A stretch of DNA of 63,316 nt, filler included, from Circinaria calcarea (lineage: Eukaryota), in assembly GCA_051942165.1 (NCBI GenBank). It is 34 parts of 34 records of this genome, joined end to end, with 100 filler letters (N's around TTAATTAATTAA, not from the genome) between each part and the next. Parts side by side here need not be neighbours in the genome. Positions count along the whole stretch, not along the records: positions 59,721 to 61,468 come from JAVECS010004268.1; positions 61,569 to 63,316 come from JAVECS010004269.1; 32 more parts are not named here. One strand, 5' to 3'. Below the pieces are notes generated by a model that searched no databases, was not told where the DNA came from, and saw nothing but the letters and a program-made list of their open reading frames with translations. Positions 60,377 through 63,316 of the stretch are shown here, piece by piece (position 1 is the stretch's first letter; each line of letters begins with the position of its first letter). Made by a program: the position numbers and the translations under genes.

Positions 60377-60645
60377 GGAAGAAGAGGACTGCTTGTGGCA
60401 TTGCGCTTTCCAAAAGTATGATAGCAAAGCTGTCTTGAATCAACAACATAGTTGATGTGAATAAAACATCTTCCATACATACTCACACCACCTTGATTGT
60501 TATTACTTTGACAGTGGAAACTGCTAAGGTTGCGCTGATTCAACAATGACAACGTTTGAGGTATACAGAGCGCGATGAGTTTTATGCATTAGGCTGCCGC
60601 CATATAAATAAAGGAATGATGATGCCAGCAGAGAATACTTTTACC

Positions 60646-61468
60646 CTAGGTCTCCTTCATTCCGCACCAGTCTGTACCTGAACGGGTATCGACCCAATAG
60701 AAAAACCTCCAGTACAAGCCTGCCGAAGGCCAATCAAAGTCTCCATTTTCCAGACGAGGAACTGAATTACCAATGATATCTCGGGGGATCCAGCCCTGTT
60801 GCGTCAGACGCCTGAGTAACGTATCCCACCATGATTGTTGCGGGAGGAAGGCTTCATTTGCAGGGCGCAGTACAGTACGAGGGGTGTCCGGGAAGTGCTT
60901 GAATGTCGATGGGCGAGACGATGACGCGAGATTGCCCTGTGTACCAGCCAAGGTTCGGGGTTCGTGGAAATCTGACATATTACGCCGACGGAGGCAAGGA
61001 TATTCTGGACCCGTTGCAGTAGCAGAAGACGCCGTAGACGATGACATTGAAGCATCCTCGAGTGAGTTTGGAGGTTCCGTCTCTGCGTTGTCACTTGTAG
61101 TAAATGACTTTGGTAGGGTTGCATTCGCTCGTGATGGCTTACCGGCACGACTCACACCTGGCATCGAAAATGACGGGCCTAAAGTGTGTGCTTGCTTCGG
61201 CATAGGCTTGGGTACCCCCAATAGCCCTTGCTGGCGGTCCTCCTCTTTCACCATAATAGGTTCATCAATCTTGGGTCCTTGACCACGGTACGGCTCAACG
61301 TAGACCCAGTGGCCCTGGATAACGTGTGGTGAGTAATACATTGCCCTCTCAGCCGCTTCTGATGAGTCAAAGGTGACCTTGATCCAACACGACCCTCCAC
61401 TGTACTGACATGCTAAGGCCTTTTCCGCCGGTGTAAGGGCTCTAGCATGGACATAATTCCTGGTTCCA
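60646..61468 (-). CDS. Nup53/35/40-type RRM nucleoporin-like protein; 5'-truncated
   Basis: GGSCWIKVTFDSSEAAERA...SPHVIQGHWVYVEPY, and a C-terminal DIIGNSVPRLENGDFDW...YWRFFYWVD amphipathic region. Confidence 0.72.
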
Positions 61469-62331
61469 NNNNNNNNNNNNNNNNNNNNNNNNNNNNNNNN
61501 NNNNNNNNNNNNTTAATTAATTAANNNNNNNNNNNNNNNNNNNNNNNNNNNNNNNNNNNNNNNNNNNNCCCTTCCCCTTTGGTCCCTCCCCCCTCCGTCC
61601 CTTTGGTATAAAGTAAGCCAAGGCAATATATGCAGTATACAGGGTGCAGGTAGGCGGTGGAATAGTTGGCCCCGGCCCCGTCCGTGTAGCTGGAAAGTTT
61701 TTAAGAGAAGAAATTACGAAGTACGGAATAGCGTGGAGGGCGTAGGGCGGAGGGCGTGGGGCCCTAAGTCCCAAGTTCCAAGTTCCAAGTTCCAAAGTCC
61801 CAACATTGCGCAAAAATCTAATTGAATCGAATCGAATCGAATCGAATTAAATCGAAATGGTACCATAACTGTAATTCTTCCTCCCATGATGGATGGAGAT
61901 ATTTTATATCAGATCCCTCGATCGAACCTTGGCGGACATTACCAATTTATAATACTTACCGAACCGTAGGTTTTGCCCCACTAACAGTAGGCCCAAAAAC
62001 CCCCCAAGTAGCTCAGGGACTCATCACAAATTTAGGGGGCTATTTTTATGTTGATTAACTATGGTGGGTAAATAAATGATTGTCCGAATTTTTTGTCACC
62101 TGACTGTTTGGAAATGATTAAAAGTTTGAGAAAGGATATATCGATGCATTATCGTTTGAATTTGTAGGAGCTTGGAAAATAGTTTAATCTATATCCAATC
62201 GCTTCAACCTCCACTACTTCTACTACATTATGGGCCCCCTTGCGCCATTTTATTCCTCCCTCCGATATCGTACAAGTCCCCTTAATCGCCTTCTTTCACC
62301 TTCTATTTCTCTCTAACTTGTCAATTACAAC

Positions 62332-63316
62332 CTAAACATTCATCCAAGCCCCTCCTGCGGCAAACAAAGCCGCCGCTCCCATGGCTCCAGTGCGCATGGG
62401 CGCAAATGCTGCTCCAGTTGAGCTTGAAGATGTGGCGGCGACAGAAGCAGAAGATGCACCGGCTCCTGCTCCGCCCCCAAGTGTCGATGTAGGGACAGCG
62501 ACCCCAGAGGTAAACGGGACATTGGAGGAGACGGCGGTAGCGCCGGAAAAGGCGACCGACTGGCTGGTGGCAGTGGTGTCAGGTGTTGCAGATGTCGCGT
62601 TGGGGTTTAGAACACTGCCGGTGGAGAAGGATGTTAATGGGAAGTAAAGCAAAGGAGGGGGGGTAGGACTTACTTGTCAATGACATGAACGACTCCATTA
62701 GCAACAAGGACGTCTGGTAAGACAACCCTGGCACTGTTTACAAACACGCTCCCGTTATTGATGGTAATCGTGAGTTGTCCCCCATTCATAGCTGTGAGCT
62801 GGGTGCCGTTGGTAAGCGTAGAGCTATAACCGACAGTTCCATTAACGACTGAAAAGACTTAGTGTCATGTATGGTTTATTTTAAAATGGGAGAGAGATTA
62901 CCATGATATGTGAGAATTCCGGTTAATTGCTCTATGGTCAAATTGCCCACAGCTGAGCCGATGGCTGCAAACGCAGCATTGTTTGGCACAAAGACTGTAA
63001 GGTCCGTGGCGGTATCGACCGCATCTACAAGGTTAGCGCTCGTGAGAGCACCAGCCGCAGCGCTGAGGCCTGCAGCAACCGCAGTTGAAGAGATGTTTTG
63101 TGGTATCGTTAGGACGCTGCGAATGGGGAAGGGTGTCAGTGGTAGTTTGTGTTAATCGGGATGGGTGTAGGACTCACGTGTCAATGACATGGATAACGCC
63201 CCCAGTGAAGTTAACGTTCTAAGAGATCAGCACGAGACATCATAGGAGAATGAGACGACTCACAGCTTGGGTAACGGTGGAGTTTTGGAGGAGGCCTGAG
63301 AAGAATGTAACATTGT
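62332..63316 (-). CDS. GPI-anchored fasciclin (FAS1) domain protein; 5'-truncated
   Basis: GVIHVIDT|VL, LTVFVPNNAAF, ILTYH|VV and NGVVHVIDN|VLNP, then an S/T/A-rich tail and a GPI signal. Four introns. Confidence 0.92.

Noticed and set aside
1784..61568. Regularly spaced TTAATTAATTAA repeats resembling an array with ~1.8-kb spacers (CRISPR-like or PacI sites)
   Set aside because: Each is embedded in exactly 44+44 Ns. This is an in-silico six-frame-stop linker, not biology.
3715..61813. ORF-track entries ending in X runs, LIN or N, and many 60-130 aa ORFs with GTG/TTG starts
   Set aside because: They run into linkers or are shadow or intron-containing frames. Prokaryote-style ORF calling does not suit this intron-rich eukaryotic DNA.
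1..63316. A novel multi-gene system, operon or biosynthetic cluster
   Set aside because: No contig exceeds 1.8 kb or holds more than about two genes. No PKS/NRPS/terpene core, CRISPR array, viral hallmark or bacterial-like contig was recognised.

Overview
This window is not contiguous genome. It is 34 short contigs (1783 bp falling to 1748 bp, sorted by length) joined by an artificial 100-bp linker, N44-TTAATTAATTAA-N44, which carries stops in all six frames. Neighbourhood across linkers is therefore meaningless, and most genes are truncated. The DNA is from an intron-rich filamentous ascomycete (Pezizomycotina): short ~50-nt GT-AG introns with CTRAY branch points. A lichen-former (Lecanoromycetes) is plausible but only inferred. 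Most contigs hold fragments of recognisable housekeeping genes: Cps1-type and another GT2, pantothenate kinase, ESF1, BOS1, 2-hydroxyacyl-CoA lyase, a UBE2Z-like E2, ETR1, GPI1, PMT2, REV1, FPR4, TXNL1, CAX, NIPA, mS38/COX24, VMA3, TIP20, TRM1, Nup53, a fasciclin and an intron-containing tRNA-Ser(GCU). The more interesting accessory signals are: a decayed DUF3435 'captain' recombinase 3' end (Starship relic); an intact small secreted Cys-rich effector-like protein; a Bim1/X325-like GPI-anchored copper protein; a HET-domain gene; a two-UBC-domain E2 with a GC-AG intron beside its catalytic Cys; TRM1 head-to-head with a G26-containing tRNA; and a MITE-like element upstream of a Zn2Cys6 gene with a premature stop. 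No multi-gene novel system can be supported from 1.75-kb fragments. All family assignments come from motif recognition, not database searches.
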